64,000 bases of DNA, taken from assembly GCA_963775925.1 (NCBI GenBank), contig CAVZKK010000012.1, positions 36,390 through 100,389 on the forward strand, in the 5' to 3' direction. How positions within the stretch are numbered: position 1 is the stretch's first letter; each line of letters opens with the position of its first letter. The stretch is from Candidatus Bathyarchaeota archaeon. Lineage in GTDB: Archaea > Thermoproteota > Bathyarchaeia > Bathyarchaeales > Bathycorpusculaceae. Made by a program: the position numbers and the translations under genes. Positions 10,454-21,671 of the stretch are shown here, piece by piece. Below the pieces are notes generated by a model, which saw only the letters and a list, made by a program, of their open reading frames with translations, was not told the DNA's origin and made no database searches.

Positions 10454-11143
10454 ATGAAAGCTGATAAAACAGTGGTCTTAGCCTCCGATTTATGCAAGAC
10501 CTATGAAATAGGTGACGCTAAAGTTGAAGTCTTAAAAGGCGTTAACCTTAAAGTTGGGAAAGGCGAGTTTACTGTTATAAGTGGTCCTTCTGGTTCTGGA
10601 AAAACAACACTTTTAAACATTATTGGCAGCATCGATAAGCCCACAAGTGGAAAGATTGTTGTTTTTGGAGATGATTTAGGCGTTAAAGATGAGGATTTTT
10701 TGGCAAGTTTCCGATGTAGCAAAGTTGGCTTCGTCTTCCAATCCTACAATCTTGTGTCTACGTTGACTGTGGCTGAAAATATCGCCTTTCCAATGGAATG
10801 GGCTCGAAAGCCAGAAAATTACATAAAAGAGCGGGTTGAGAAATTGTTGGAAATTGTTGGTGTACAGCATAGGGCAGAGCACTTTCCTTTTCAACTCAGC
10901 GGTGGAGAACAACAACGTGTAGCCTTCGCCCGCGCATTAGCGAATGATCCACCTTTTCTTCTTGTTGATGAACCGACTGGAAATTTAGACACAAAAACAA
11001 GCTTGAAAATCGTTCAGATACTTCAGAAACTAAAGGGTGACGGAAAAACCGTCATTGTTGCCACGCACGATGACCGGATAACCCAGTTAGCAGATCAAAA
11101 ATTGTATCTGGAAGATGGAAAGCTGGTAAGCCTAAATGAGTGA
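10454..11143 (+). CDS. ABC transporter ATP-binding protein (MacB/LolD/FtsE-like)
   Basis: Walker [11 protein letters not shown]-loop, signature [15 protein letters not shown], Walker [13 protein letters not shown]-loop ATHD. Confidence 0.85.
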   Translation: MKADKTVVLASDLCKTYEIGDAKVEVLKGVNLKVGKGEFTVISGPSGSGKTTLLNIIGSIDKPTSGKIVVFGDDLGVKDEDFLASFRCSKVGFVFQSYNLVSTLTVAENIAFPMEWARKPENYIKERVEKLLEIVGVQHRAEHFPFQLSGGEQQRVAFARALANDPPFLLVDEPTGNLDTKTSLKIVQILQKLKGDGKTVIVATHDDRITQLADQKLYLEDGKLVSLNE

Positions 11144-13003
11144 GACCTCTTTCCCAATGAACGATTTGCTGCGTAGGAAACTTCAAACAAGCCTAATTGT
11201 TATTAGCCTAACATCATGTGTCGCTTCAACGCTTTTTCTGCTTCTTTTCAGCGAAAAAATAGGTTTCGGAATCTCGTTAATGGTTGAAAGCAAGCTCACA
11301 GCTGGTTTTTCAACAATTTTTTCCCGTTTCATAATATTCACTGGGCTTTTGATCTTTGTTGTTGGTGCAGTAATCATGTCTTTCATGGTTTTTGTAATGA
11401 TGTCTCAAAGGGTTAGAGATATTGGGTTAATGAAAGCAGCCGGATGCCCAAACGACTTGATTTTCGGCTATTTCATGACAGAACTTCTAGTAGTAACGGT
11501 TGTTGGCTGTTTTCTTGGTGTGGTTTTGGGGATATTGGCAGATTTTGCCTCAACCAGACTCGTTCAGCAGTATTGGTTTTCAAATCTCGCAAAAACCAGA
11601 TTAATTTCTGGCTTGTTCTTCTAGTTTTTGGACTGTTCTTTGCATTGGCATTGATTTTTGGAGCAAAACCAATTCTTGACACTACCAAGGTTAAGCCGGC
11701 AAAGGCACTTTCACCGTCATATCACTTCGGAGTAAGCAAAGAGTCTGGATTTAGGGTTACTTCAAAATCAGGTTTAACAATGAAAATAGCCTTAAGGAGC
11801 CTTTTCCGCCATAAATCAGCAACAATCAGAATTATCATATGCTTAGTAGCGGTTTTCTTATTAGCCACCGTGGGCATTGCAGGAGGAATAATCGCAGACC
11901 AAACCACGAAAAGCTGGATTGAAAAAGCCGTTGGAAGAGACATCGTTTTAATAGCGCATCAAGACATGTGCAACCAATACAAGCTATTGTTATCAAAATT
12001 CTACGAAACAAAAGCCACTCCACTCATCAACTATACTGATGAACGGTTTTTAATATCAGAAGAAATTCTTGACTGGCTAAGTTCAATGTCAAACATTAGC
12101 AGTATTGACCCGCGTTTAGTTTTGGAAATGCATGTGGGGGAAATCGAGGGCTATGAGATTGTCTCGGGAACAGCAGATACGTATATAACGGTTGGTGACA
12201 GCCGCGAAGGTAATTCGCTGGTTATCGGTGTTGAACCTGAAAAGGTGTTAAGTGAAAGTTTCTTAGACGGTGAATTTCTGAAAGAAAATCGATCACGGGA
12301 AGCCGTAATCGGAGACTCTTTAGCTCTGGGAATGTTTTCTGTGCCCTTAAGTCAAAAAATAAGCCTACGCGGTAAGGATTTCGATATAGTTGGTGTTTGT
12401 TTAGACCCGATTAACAACGGAAATGTCACATACGTGCCCATAAAAGACTTGCAAAACATCACTGGCGTGTCAAAACCCAACATTGTAATGGTTAAAACAA
12501 ATCCTTCAGCTAATCGCACAGCAGTTTTAAACTATATACGAGCGGAAGTTAAAGGTTTAAACTCGGAGTTTGAGGTTTTTGACCTTAATGAAGTATTGGA
12601 CAAGAATCTAAGCTTTCTCGGTTATATCTGGTCTACAATAATGTTTTTGCCTCTAATCTCCTTATTTGCAGCGTCTTTATGCCTAATAGCCTATGTTATG
12701 CTCACCATTACTGAGCAACGTCAAGAATTTGGTGTTTTAAGGGCTTTAGGAGCCAATCCTAAGACTATTGTTAAGATTGTTTCAGGACAGAGCCTTGTAG
12801 TTTTGCTTTCAAGTTGCGCCACTGGAATCGCGTTTGGAATAATCATAACTTTGCTAATTTTAATTCCAGAACCCCTTATCACAGGTTTTACTGTTGCCGA
12901 AATAAGTGGGTGGCTACTGACAGCTTTGGCTGCAACATTCATTTTCAGCCTATATCCTGCCATAAGATTTGCAAAGAAACCAATCCTAGAAGTTATGACT
13001 TAA
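11136..13003 (+). CDS. ABC transporter permease, FtsX/MacB-like with a large extracytoplasmic domain, frameshifted near 11450-11620
   Basis: Overlaps the ATPase stop. N-terminal transmembrane helix, approximately 250-aa extracytoplasmic domain, then a C-terminal four-helix FtsX-like bundle. Two ORF segments (11136-11624 and 11444-13003). Confidence 0.65.
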
Positions 13004-13043
13004 ACGGAAAATGGGTTCATGCCTTGATTACCCTTCTTCGAAT

Positions 13044-13988
13044 ATCAGTACACATGTGGCAAATATTGTAATATCCCGTCTGGGTCAGGCTTCACGCCCT
13101 TTGTCCTTGCCCAATTTATCAGTCCTTCCATGCCATTTTCAATTATTGCTTTTGCTTCAGGTATATTGAATGGGTCATAATTTTCTATGATGTCGATGAT
13201 GTCTGTTTCAGAAGGCGTTTCCTATGTAGAGATCCTTGCAGATAGCGATTCTCCCATCAGGCTCTACACATATTGTTTTAACCGAATCAAGCTCTTCCGT
13301 ATATGGTACGTCGCCACATTTTCCTTTCGGAGTCTTTGTTCTTGGCGGAAGGAAATCTTTTCAGCCATCTAGTGGCTCTTCCTTCTGGTTGAGCATTGTT
13401 TCCCTCACCATCTTCTACTGGTAGTTCTTTAAGTTGCTTCAAAATAGCTTTGGTCTTCCGATTGTACGGGTTATCGTGGTCTTTAGACACGACCCAGCAT
13501 GGATCCCACGATATGTGTGCTATTCCTGCTTTTAGAAGTGATTCCGCAGCCTTTTTAACGATTTCAAGTGGAATGAATTCTTGATGAAAGCAATCAACAG
13601 AAATGGTGGCTTCATTCACGCCAGATTTTACTAAGTTTTCGGCTATTTCTTGTATTTCTATGTGTTTTTCTCGACCAGAAACCGTTCGTAATGACGTCTC
13701 GAACAGGAATTCCTACATTTCTTTGCTTCTTTATGAATGGCAGTATACAATTTCAGGGTATAATAAAGGCTCGCCGCCGAAAGTCATAACCGATTTTGGA
13801 TTGTATTTTTTGCCAACCTTTCTCACAATTTCTACCGCTATGTCTTTATCAATGTGGCTTGGGAAGTTTTTCCTTTCCTCTTCTTCACCTAATTGGCAAT
13901 GTCTACATTTTGAGTTACATAGGTACGTTATGGCGAATTCTATTCGATTTACAGGTAAATATCTGTTCACGCTGTTTTCCCTTTGCAC
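13044..13988 (-). CDS. Radical-SAM protein with a Cys-rich SPASM/twitch-like C-terminus, split over at least three frames
   Basis: N-terminal CNSKCRHC (CxxxCxxC) and FGGEPLLYPE (13731-13988). Middle segment 13287-13619. The C-terminal segment, translated by hand, is GKCGDVPYTEELDSVKTICVEPDGRIAICKDLYIGNAF...ICHMC. Confidence 0.5.
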
Positions 13989-14026
13989 TATCCAATAATC
14001 TGAATCTGCACTAATAGTTTATCCAT

Positions 14027-14722
14027 TAATTGTTGGCTAAGGTTTTGTAAAATGTTTTAGCGAGTCTACGTAGGCTGGCAGTTGACTTAGAAAATCTTGC
14101 AATTGAAGCACAGCAACGATGGGCACATTATCGTAAAATTTGAATCTTCCTGTGACAAGCGATAAAACTGCTGGAACGAGCTTCACGTTATCCCAAGAAG
14201 CACATTCAATTTTGCCGAAAAAGGCTTGGCAGTGATTCAGCTAAAGCAAATGTTCTTTCCACTTGTTCCTCAACAATTTTCTTTAATGCAGAAGGGTGTA
14301 ATCCCCGATGCCAATGTTTGCAGTCTACGCATAGGGCTATGGGTTTTTTGCATCCAACAATGTCTATTTCCAATTTCCGACCTGCATGCTTGAATCTTAA
14401 ATTTTTCATGACACTGTAGCTGTTCCGTTCAAAGAGCAACTGCAGCCATGTTTTCAAACTCTTGCCATTGGAGAAAACTGCTTATGTTCTCGATGTCGGC
14501 CCCTAGATTAATGGCGTGAACAGCCAATTTAAGGCGTTGTAGGCTATTTGCTTCTACAACATTTTTCTGCACATTAATCAACCCGTCATTTTGCAGTTTT
14601 CTAAGCAATTTTTCAGCAATTTGCTGTGGAATTTTTGCATCTTTATTAACTAGTTTGTTTGAAACTGGTCCATCTCTAGTTAATTTTAGAATGGAGATAA
14701 TCAAGTTTCTTTCAATACTCAT
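14027..14722 (-). CDS. Winged-helix protein with a C-terminal restriction-endonuclease-like or Cys-rich domain, frameshifted near 14206 and 14440
   Basis: N-terminal wHTH-like ORF (14429-14722) and C-terminal ORF (14206-14457, RKLEIDIVGCKKPIALCVDCKHW). The reading frame continues below 14206 in another frame (...VLQLQDFLSQLPAYVDSLKHFTKP). Confidence 0.35.
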
Positions 14723-14846
14723 TCAAACAATTCTCCAAATTATACACAAGAGTGCCCAAAAATAGTGCTTTTTAGCGAGAGCTTAAAAGCTTTTCTATAG
14801 AAATAAATGAACGTAGCATGAAGCTTATGGTTACGGAGCGAGTTAA

Positions 14847-15531
14847 GTGGTTAAAATAAAGGCTGTATTATTCGATTTGTACGGCACGTTGGCTTACGTA
14901 GAGAATCCGGTAACCGAGACAGAAATTTCTGAACACCTCTTCAGCAAGGGCTATGAAGTCTCACCACAGCAACTTAAGGCAGCATGGGCATTCGTCTCAT
15001 TCATAGACTATCCAAAACATGGATACAAAAATTGGCGTTCCTATTTTTCGAAGATTTTCTGGAGGCTAAAAGTTAAAGTCAACGAAGAAACATTGAGTGC
15101 CATCGTTAAACTTCTTGAAAGCAAGCCATATCAACTATACCCAGACGCTGCCGGAGCGGTGATAAAAGCAAGGGCAAAACGGATTCAAAACAGCCATAGT
15201 CACAACAATCGCTTACTTTCAATTCAAAAAGGCAATTCAGCCAATTAAGAATTACTTCGACTTCATCATGACTGGTTATGAAGCAGGATGCGACAAGACA
15301 AACCCTAAAATGTATAGAAAAGTCCTAGAAATTCTGAATGCAAGGCCAAAAGAAGCCGTTATGATCGGAGACGACGTGCCAATAGATATAATCCTGCCCA
15401 AAAAACTGGGCATAAACGCCATACTTTTGAACAGGGAAGGAAAAAATGTAGAGTGTCCACAGGCGGATGCTGTTATTAACAATTTAGATAAGGCTGTGGA
15501 AACTATAATAAGAAAATTCGGCGAAAACTGA
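14847..15531 (+). CDS. HAD-superfamily hydrolase, frameshifted near 15250
   Basis: Motif I FDLYGTL at the N-terminus and motif IV MIGDDVPIDI in the downstream ORF. The two ORFs (14847-15248 and 15268-15531) are adjacent. Confidence 0.6.
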
Positions 15532-15552
15532 AGAATATGGAAATGACTTAAC

Positions 15553-16849
15553 ATGTCGGAAGAATACGTTTCCAAAACCTCCAAATCCAAAGCCTTGTAC
15601 GAGCGAGCTAAAAAAGTCCTCCCAGCCGGAGTGTCATACGGGATAAGATATTTTGAACCCTACCCATTTTACACTGCAAAAGCGAAGGGAAGCAAACTTT
15701 ACGATGTTGACGGAAACAAGTACATCGATTTTTGGTTAGGACATACTGCACTTATACTTGGACATAGCCCTCCAGCCGTGGTTGACGCTGTTAAAAAGCA
15801 ACTTGAAAATGGCACCCATTACGGAACATCCCATGAACTAGAGATTGAGTTAGCTGAGCAGGTTGTGAAAATGGTTTCAGGCGCAGAAATGGTGCGGTTC
15901 GCAAATTCTGGAACAGAGGCAAATATGTATGCAACGTGTTTAGCTCGTGCATGCACTGGCAGAAGCAAAGTTGCCAAGTTTCGAGGGAGGATGGCATGGA
16001 GGCTACGATGCACTTCACGTAGGAGTTCATTATCCCTTTAATATTCCGGAATCGGCTGGCTTAACAGCCGGAGCCCTTCAGGACACAATTCTTTTGCCTT
16101 TCAATGACCTTGAAGGAGTTGAAGAAAAACTGAAGAATGAGAAAGTGGCTTCCATTGTAATTGAGCCAGTCTTCGGCGCTGGCGGGGGCATCCCAGCAGA
16201 AAAGGAGTTTTTGAAGGGACTTAGGGAATTTTGTGATGAGAAAGAGATTCTGCTGATTTTCGATGAGGTAATCACTGGTTTTCGATTGGCTCCAGGCGGA
16301 GCCCAGCAATATTATGGTATAGCGCCAGACATAACTGTTTTTGGGAAAATTTTGGGAGGAGGCTTCCCCATAGGCGCCTTCTGCGGATGCAGAAAAATCA
16401 TGGAAAGATTAGACTCGCTTCTTCATAAACGCCCACATTACTCGTTTCACGGAGGAACCTTCGCTGCAAACCCAATAACGATGACGGCGGGCTTGACAAC
16501 GCTAAAAATCTTAGAAGATGGCCAATTGATAAGCAAACTGAACATGGTTGGAGACAAGATAAGAGAGCAATTGAGAGAGATTTTTGAAGGAAACGGTGTA
16601 GATGTGCAGGTTACGGGCACTAGTTCCATTTTTAACACTCATTTCACAAAAGAAAAGGTCAGGGACGCCAATGCCACCTTAAGGGCTGACAGAAAGAAAC
16701 TTGTCGATTACAATCTAAAATTGATTGAAAATGGAGTCTTCTTTTTGCCGACCCATAGTGGAGCATTAAGCACTGCACACTCTAAAGCCGATGTAGAAAA
16801 ATTATTTTTAGAAACGGAAAAATATGCGAAAAAATGCAAAGCGGCATGA
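15553..16849 (+). CDS. hemL: Glutamate-1-semialdehyde 2,1-aminomutase-like class-III aminotransferase, frameshifted near 15950-16040
   Basis: YGTSHELEIELAE, FANSGTEANMYA, DEVITGFRLAPGG and FGKILGGGFPIGAF are typical of GSA aminomutase/class-III aminotransferases. Two overlapping ORFs are collinear with HemL. Confidence 0.65.
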
Positions 16850-16988
16850 AATCATCCACATCGGTTATGGATAATATTTTTCTTTGTACCTAAGCATAAG
16901 TCCAGCATTTCTTAAACATATATAAAGGAGTCTCACGCAGAGTCCTTTCTATTTTCCTTTTTTGCGTTTGCTCATTTTTGGACATGCT

Positions 16989-17612
16989 CTAATGGCTTAA
17001 AAACTGGCGGGTTTTCTCTAGATAGATGTCTGTTTTTTCTCCAAGCATCTTCTTTAACAAGTCCATTCGGATGTTCATGTATTCTTCGCGTAATACGTCA
17101 AAGTGGAAGGAACTCCATTTCCTGCCTGCCACATATACTGTGTTTCGTATGGCCCCACCTTTTTTGAATCCGCAGAACTCGAGCACCCTATGAGCTCGTG
17201 TATTATATTCTACGCTCCACGCTTGGCAGCGCTCCATGTTTAAGTGAATGAAGGACATTTCAAGCAAAGCCACAGTTATCTTTTTTCCGAACCCTTTTTC
17301 CCATAGTTCCTTTTTGCCGATGTAAGTGCCAACATCCGCACCTAGCACGTTGCCCCATACCTCTGTGCGTATGGAAGCGAAGCCTATGGACTCATTGGAT
17401 TCCATATTTTCCACGATAAAGTAGAAATTCCTCTCCTTTTTCATCCACTCCTCATACCGTTCTTCCAGCTGCGTCATGCTAGCCACGTTCAGCGGGTTGC
17501 TTCTGCTATACATCATCAACTCGAAATCGTTCTCCCAAACATGAAGCAGTTTCAGGTCATCCTTCTCTAAAGGTCTAAATCTGAGGGCAGCAAACTCGAA
17601 CATCAGCATCAT
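16989..17612 (-). CDS. GNAT-family N-acetyltransferase (RimL-like)
   Basis: 207 aa, GNAT fold pattern. Confidence 0.6.
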   Translation of the reverse strand: MMLMFEFAALRFRPLEKDDLKLLHVWENDFELMMYSRSNPLNVASMTQLEERYEEWMKKERNFYFIVENMESNESIGFASIRTEVWGNVLGADVGTYIGKKELWEKGFGKKITVALLEMSFIHLNMERCQAWSVEYNTRAHRVLEFCGFKKGGAIRNTVYVAGRKWSSFHFDVLREEYMNIRMDLLKKMLGEKTDIYLEKTRQFLSH

Positions 17613-17708
17613 CCTTTCTTAAACTACTTCAGGCAGAGCATAATAGTTTTTTGGGTTTGCGGTATAACTTTTATTGTCAGTTCACTCTCTAAAATAAAGG
17701 GTATCTCT

Positions 17709-19016
17709 TTGGAAAAAATAGACATTCTGATTCATGGATGCACTATTTTGCCGATGAATGGTAAAGACTGCATAAAGGACGGAATGCTACTTATAAAGAA
17801 CGGGAAAATAGCTTTCATGGGCAAATCTGCACTCGCAAACAGCATAGAAGCTGATGTGAACATAAATGCAAAAGGTAAAGTTGCCCTGCCAGGCTTGATT
17901 AACTGTCACACACATGTTCCCATGACTCTGTTTAGAGGAGTAGCTGAAGATCAAGAGTTGAATACTTGGCTGAAGCAAACTATTTGGCCCTTAGAGGCTA
18001 AGCTTAGGCAGGAGGATGTTTATGTTGGAGCCCTCTTAGGATGCCTAGAAATGATCAAAAGTGGAACGACATGTTTTGCTGACATGTATTTTCATGAAGA
18101 CATGATTGCAAAAGCCACGGAGAAAAGCGGATTAAGGGGCGTTCTGGCACAAGGCATATTTGAAGCCGGAAACAAGATGCTAGGCGAAAAAATGCTTGCT
18201 GAAAGCGTAAATTTTGCCAAAACTTTCAATGGATACGCTAATGATAGGGTGAGAACAATGCTTGGCCCTCATGCGGCTTACAGTTGTAGCAAAAACTTGC
18301 TCACAAAGGTCAGTAAAAAGGCTTCGGAGTTAAATGTTGGTGTGCACATGCATTTAGCTGAATCAAAAGCCATATTTTGGGAATTTGAGAAGAAATATGG
18401 CTCCAGCGAGGTTGAATTTTTAGACAAAATGGGCTTTTTGAAAGGGCATGTTCTCGCCGCCCACTGCATAAAATTGTCAAACGAGGATATGCTTATCCTT
18501 TGTAAACGTGGCGTTAATGTGGTTTATGTTCCTGTGGCTAACATGAAACTTGGTTTAGGCGCAGCAAAAATAAAGGACTTAACCGATTTGGGTGTCAACG
18601 TGAGTTTGGGAACGGATGGGCCAGCTAGTAATAATTCCCTTGACATGTTTGAAACCATGAAGATTGCGGCTTTACTTCAAAAACTCACCTATCAGAATCC
18701 TAAAGTTATGCCAGCCTACGAGGTTTTAAAGATGGCGACAATAAATGGGGCAAAAGCCTCGGGATTAGAGAAAGAAATAGGTTCTCTTGAAGTAGGCAAG
18801 AAAGCCGACATAATATTAATTGATCTTTCAAAGCCTCACCTAAAACCCTTGCATAACATTTACGCAAGCATTGTTTATTCTGCACGCGGAAGCGATGTGG
18901 ACACGGTTATCGTTAATGGAAAAATTTTGATGGAGAATAGACAAGTGAAAACTTTAGATGAACAAGCTGTGATGGAAAAAGCTGAAAAAACTGCTTTGGA
19001 TTTGCTATCACGGTAA
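17709..19016 (+). CDS. Amidohydrolase of the MTA/SAH deaminase family (MtaD-like)
   Basis: ALPGLINCHTHVPMTLFRG metal-binding HxH motif, SLGTDGPASNN, and length of 435 aa, as in MtaD/SsnA/guanine deaminase-type enzymes. Confidence 0.7.
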   Translation: MEKIDILIHGCTILPMNGKDCIKDGMLLIKNGKIAFMGKSALANSIEADVNINAKGKVALPGLINCHTHVPMTLFRGVAEDQELNTWLKQTIWPLEAKLRQEDVYVGALLGCLEMIKSGTTCFADMYFHEDMIAKATEKSGLRGVLAQGIFEAGNKMLGEKMLAESVNFAKTFNGYANDRVRTMLGPHAAYSCSKNLLTKVSKKASELNVGVHMHLAESKAIFWEFEKKYGSSEVEFLDKMGFLKGHVLAAHCIKLSNEDMLILCKRGVNVVYVPVANMKLGLGAAKIKDLTDLGVNVSLGTDGPASNNSLDMFETMKIAALLQKLTYQNPKVMPAYEVLKMATINGAKASGLEKEIGSLEVGKKADIILIDLSKPHLKPLHNIYASIVYSARGSDVDTVIVNGKILMENRQVKTLDEQAVMEKAEKTALDLLSR

Positions 19017-19067
19017 ATCTTATTTAGCTGCTGGGTCATTGTATCTGCTTCAGCGTCTGGTATAAAA

Positions 19068-20030
19068 ATGGCGCCAATAATTCGAATTGAGAACCTTACT
19101 AAGAAATTCGGAAACTTTGTGGCAGTTGACAGTCTAAACTTGGAAGTTGAGGAAGGAGAAATTCTTGGACTTCTGGGACCCAACGGGGCAGGGAAAACAA
19201 CTGCCATTCTTATGCTTGCAACAGTCATTAGGCCTACTGAAGGTACGGCTTTGGTTGGCGATTATGACATAAGAAAGAATCCGGACAAAGTGCGCGGGCT
19301 TTTGGGCATAGTGTTTCAGGAGCCTAAGATGTTGTGGGTTGCCACGCCTTGGGATATAGTGAACTGGCACGCAAAGGTTTGTGGGTTGTCAACTCAAGAG
19401 CGGAAGCGAAGGGTTAAGGAAGTATTAGATGCTTTAGATATGTGGGAGTCTCGGCACAAGAACGTTCATGCGCTTTCTGGCGGCATGCGAAAACGGGTTG
19501 AAATGGCTAAAGTTCTGATTCAAAAACCCAAGATTGCAATCGTTGACGAGCCAACTGCCCAAATTGACATAGTAGGTAAACATAAAATATGGAACATGCT
19601 CCTTGAACTCCGCGACGAAGGAAGCACCATTATCCTTGCCACAAATGAGCTTTATGAGGCTGATCAGCTTTCAGACCGTGTTGGAATATTGCACAGGGGC
19701 AAACTGATCGTGTGTGATACTCCTAAGAAGCTAAAGGACAGCATTCTGGGCGGCGACATCGTTGATGTTCAACTTGAAAAAGACGCTTCAGAGCAGATCG
19801 TTAAAGAGCTTAAAAGTCTAAAAGAAGTTGTCGATGTCATGCAAGTTAAGCCGACTAACTTGCGCCTTTACTTGAACCGGGTTGAGGAGGTTGTTCCGCA
19901 AATAATGAACTTGTTCATGAAGAACGATGTCTCAATCACTTCCATACGCATGAGTGAACCAAGCCTTGACGATGTATTCGCGCATTACACAGGTTTAACC
20001 ATTGAAGAAGCACAGAAAAATGGAGAGTGA
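19068..20030 (+). CDS. ABC-2 type transporter ATP-binding protein (module copy 1)
   Basis: Walker A GPNGAGKTT, signature LSGGMRKRVEMAKVL, Walker B IAIVDEPT, plus an approximately 90-aa C-terminal domain. Roughly 70% identical by eye to 62301-63278. Confidence 0.85.
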   Translation: MAPIIRIENLTKKFGNFVAVDSLNLEVEEGEILGLLGPNGAGKTTAILMLATVIRPTEGTALVGDYDIRKNPDKVRGLLGIVFQEPKMLWVATPWDIVNWHAKVCGLSTQERKRRVKEVLDALDMWESRHKNVHALSGGMRKRVEMAKVLIQKPKIAIVDEPTAQIDIVGKHKIWNMLLELRDEGSTIILATNELYEADQLSDRVGILHRGKLIVCDTPKKLKDSILGGDIVDVQLEKDASEQIVKELKSLKEVVDVMQVKPTNLRLYLNRVEEVVPQIMNLFMKNDVSITSIRMSEPSLDDVFAHYTGLTIEEAQKNGE

Positions 20031-20055
20031 ACCGTAAACGAACAAGCTTCTCTTA

Positions 20056-20796
20056 GTGGTTGAAAGAGACATACGCCTATTCTTCCAATACAAGTTTCTA
20101 ATTATAATGCGAGCCATATGGTTCGTTTCACAAATAGCTTTGTTCGGACTCATCGCCTCGCGCATGATGAGCGTTCCAAACTACTTTCAATACTACGTGG
20201 CTGGACTTTCTGTGATGACGCTTTATTCAGCCGCCATATTCATCGGATTTGACATTTACGAAGAGGCAGAACATGGCGTTTTTGAGTACTTGCTTAGCTT
20301 ACCTGTTTCTAGAAGACAGCTGGTGATAGGACGATCAATCGGCGGAGGTCTCAGATCATTCATATACGTTGGACCGTTAATAGCCGTGTCATTGTATGTT
20401 ATCGGCTCCATCAATCCGATTAACTTCTTAGTTGCTCTGTTTGCACTTTTCCTATTCTCTTTCGGCGTCTCTGGCATGAGCATAACAATAGCTGTAATGA
20501 TAAAATCTAGCGACCGCTTCGACATATTAATGGGCGTCCTAGACGCCTTAATCGTCCGCTTAAGCACAGCAATGTATCCTCTGGCAATCGTGCAAGCAGC
20601 CAACCCCCTTTACGGCGGACTTGCAAGTTTAAATCCTTTAACTTTTGTTTCGGATTTGTTCCGTTGGGGCGCAGCAATAATAACGCTTGACAATCCACTG
20701 TTGCCGTTGCTTGGCGTGATTGCGTTCTTTTCACTCTTCACCTTTGTAGGTATAATAATCTACGAGAGACGCATAGAAGGAGGAGGATGGCAGTAA
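20056..20796 (+). CDS. ABC-2 family permease (module copy 1)
   Basis: Six transmembrane segments with an ABC-2 layout. Paralog of 61498-62286. Confidence 0.7.
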   Translation: MVERDIRLFFQYKFLIIMRAIWFVSQIALFGLIASRMMSVPNYFQYYVAGLSVMTLYSAAIFIGFDIYEEAEHGVFEYLLSLPVSRRQLVIGRSIGGGLRSFIYVGPLIAVSLYVIGSINPINFLVALFALFLFSFGVSGMSITIAVMIKSSDRFDILMGVLDALIVRLSTAMYPLAIVQAANPLYGGLASLNPLTFVSDLFRWGAAIITLDNPLLPLLGVIAFFSLFTFVGIIIYERRIEGGGWQ

Positions 20797-21579
20797 TTGA
20801 GAGGCATAATCCGCATGGTTGAACACGATTTTAGGAACTTCTTCCGATACAAATGGTGGCTTGTAGGCTTAATCAGCATGAACCTAGCGGATTTATTCAT
20901 CATGGCTATCGTTTACAATCAAATGTTAAGCAGTGCAGTGATGCAGGAAATCAAGAGCTACTTCAATTTTTTTGCACCCGGGCTAACTGTAACAGGCTTG
21001 TTCGCCTCAGCTTTCATGATTGGGCGCGAGATAAACATGGAACGCCGAAGAGAAATACATCAATACATGCTAAGTTTGCCTATGACTAGGCTTGAGCTGG
21101 GTATCGGTCGTGTGCTTTCCGGCGGACTACGGGGCATGGTTTACATGTCGCCCTTGTTGCTGACCTGTTTCGTGTTCCTAGGATTCCCCACAGTACCGCA
21201 GTTGCTTCTAATCTTGGTAGTTCTGTTTTTCTTAGCCATCGGCATTTCCGGCTTAAGCATCGCCATTGCCGTCTCCACATCAAGCCTTGAAAAATTTATC
21301 ACGGCAAGAGGCCTAGTTTACTATACACTGTTCTTCTGCAGCAGCGTCTTCTATCCACTCTCTCTGATCCAAGATTTGGGCCGTGATGGTAAATTTCCGA
21401 TGATATTAGTGAATTTGGCGGAGGTTAACCCTTTGACTAACGGTTCAGACATGATTCGCTCTTTTCTGCTTGGTACCCCGCCTTTTTCCCCAAACATGAT
21501 TCTCAGCGTTATAGTCTTTTCAACAATTTTCACACTTGTCGCGGCGTTCGCCTATATCGAAATAATAGAACGTACATAA
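20797..21579 (+). CDS. ABC-2 family permease, second subunit (module copy 1)
   Basis: Starts immediately after the previous stop. Six transmembrane segments. Paralog of 60719-61501. Confidence 0.7.
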   Translation: MRGIIRMVEHDFRNFFRYKWWLVGLISMNLADLFIMAIVYNQMLSSAVMQEIKSYFNFFAPGLTVTGLFASAFMIGREINMERRREIHQYMLSLPMTRLELGIGRVLSGGLRGMVYMSPLLLTCFVFLGFPTVPQLLLILVVLFFLAIGISGLSIAIAVSTSSLEKFITARGLVYYTLFFCSSVFYPLSLIQDLGRDGKFPMILVNLAEVNPLTNGSDMIRSFLLGTPPFSPNMILSVIVFSTIFTLVAAFAYIEIIERT

Positions 21580-21671
21580 TGCGCAAACACTGAAATTTTC
21601 CTGTATTTTCGAGGTTAAATTTATGAATATGAATAACGTATCTTCTTTTCTTCCGCCTCCACAAGTTTGAT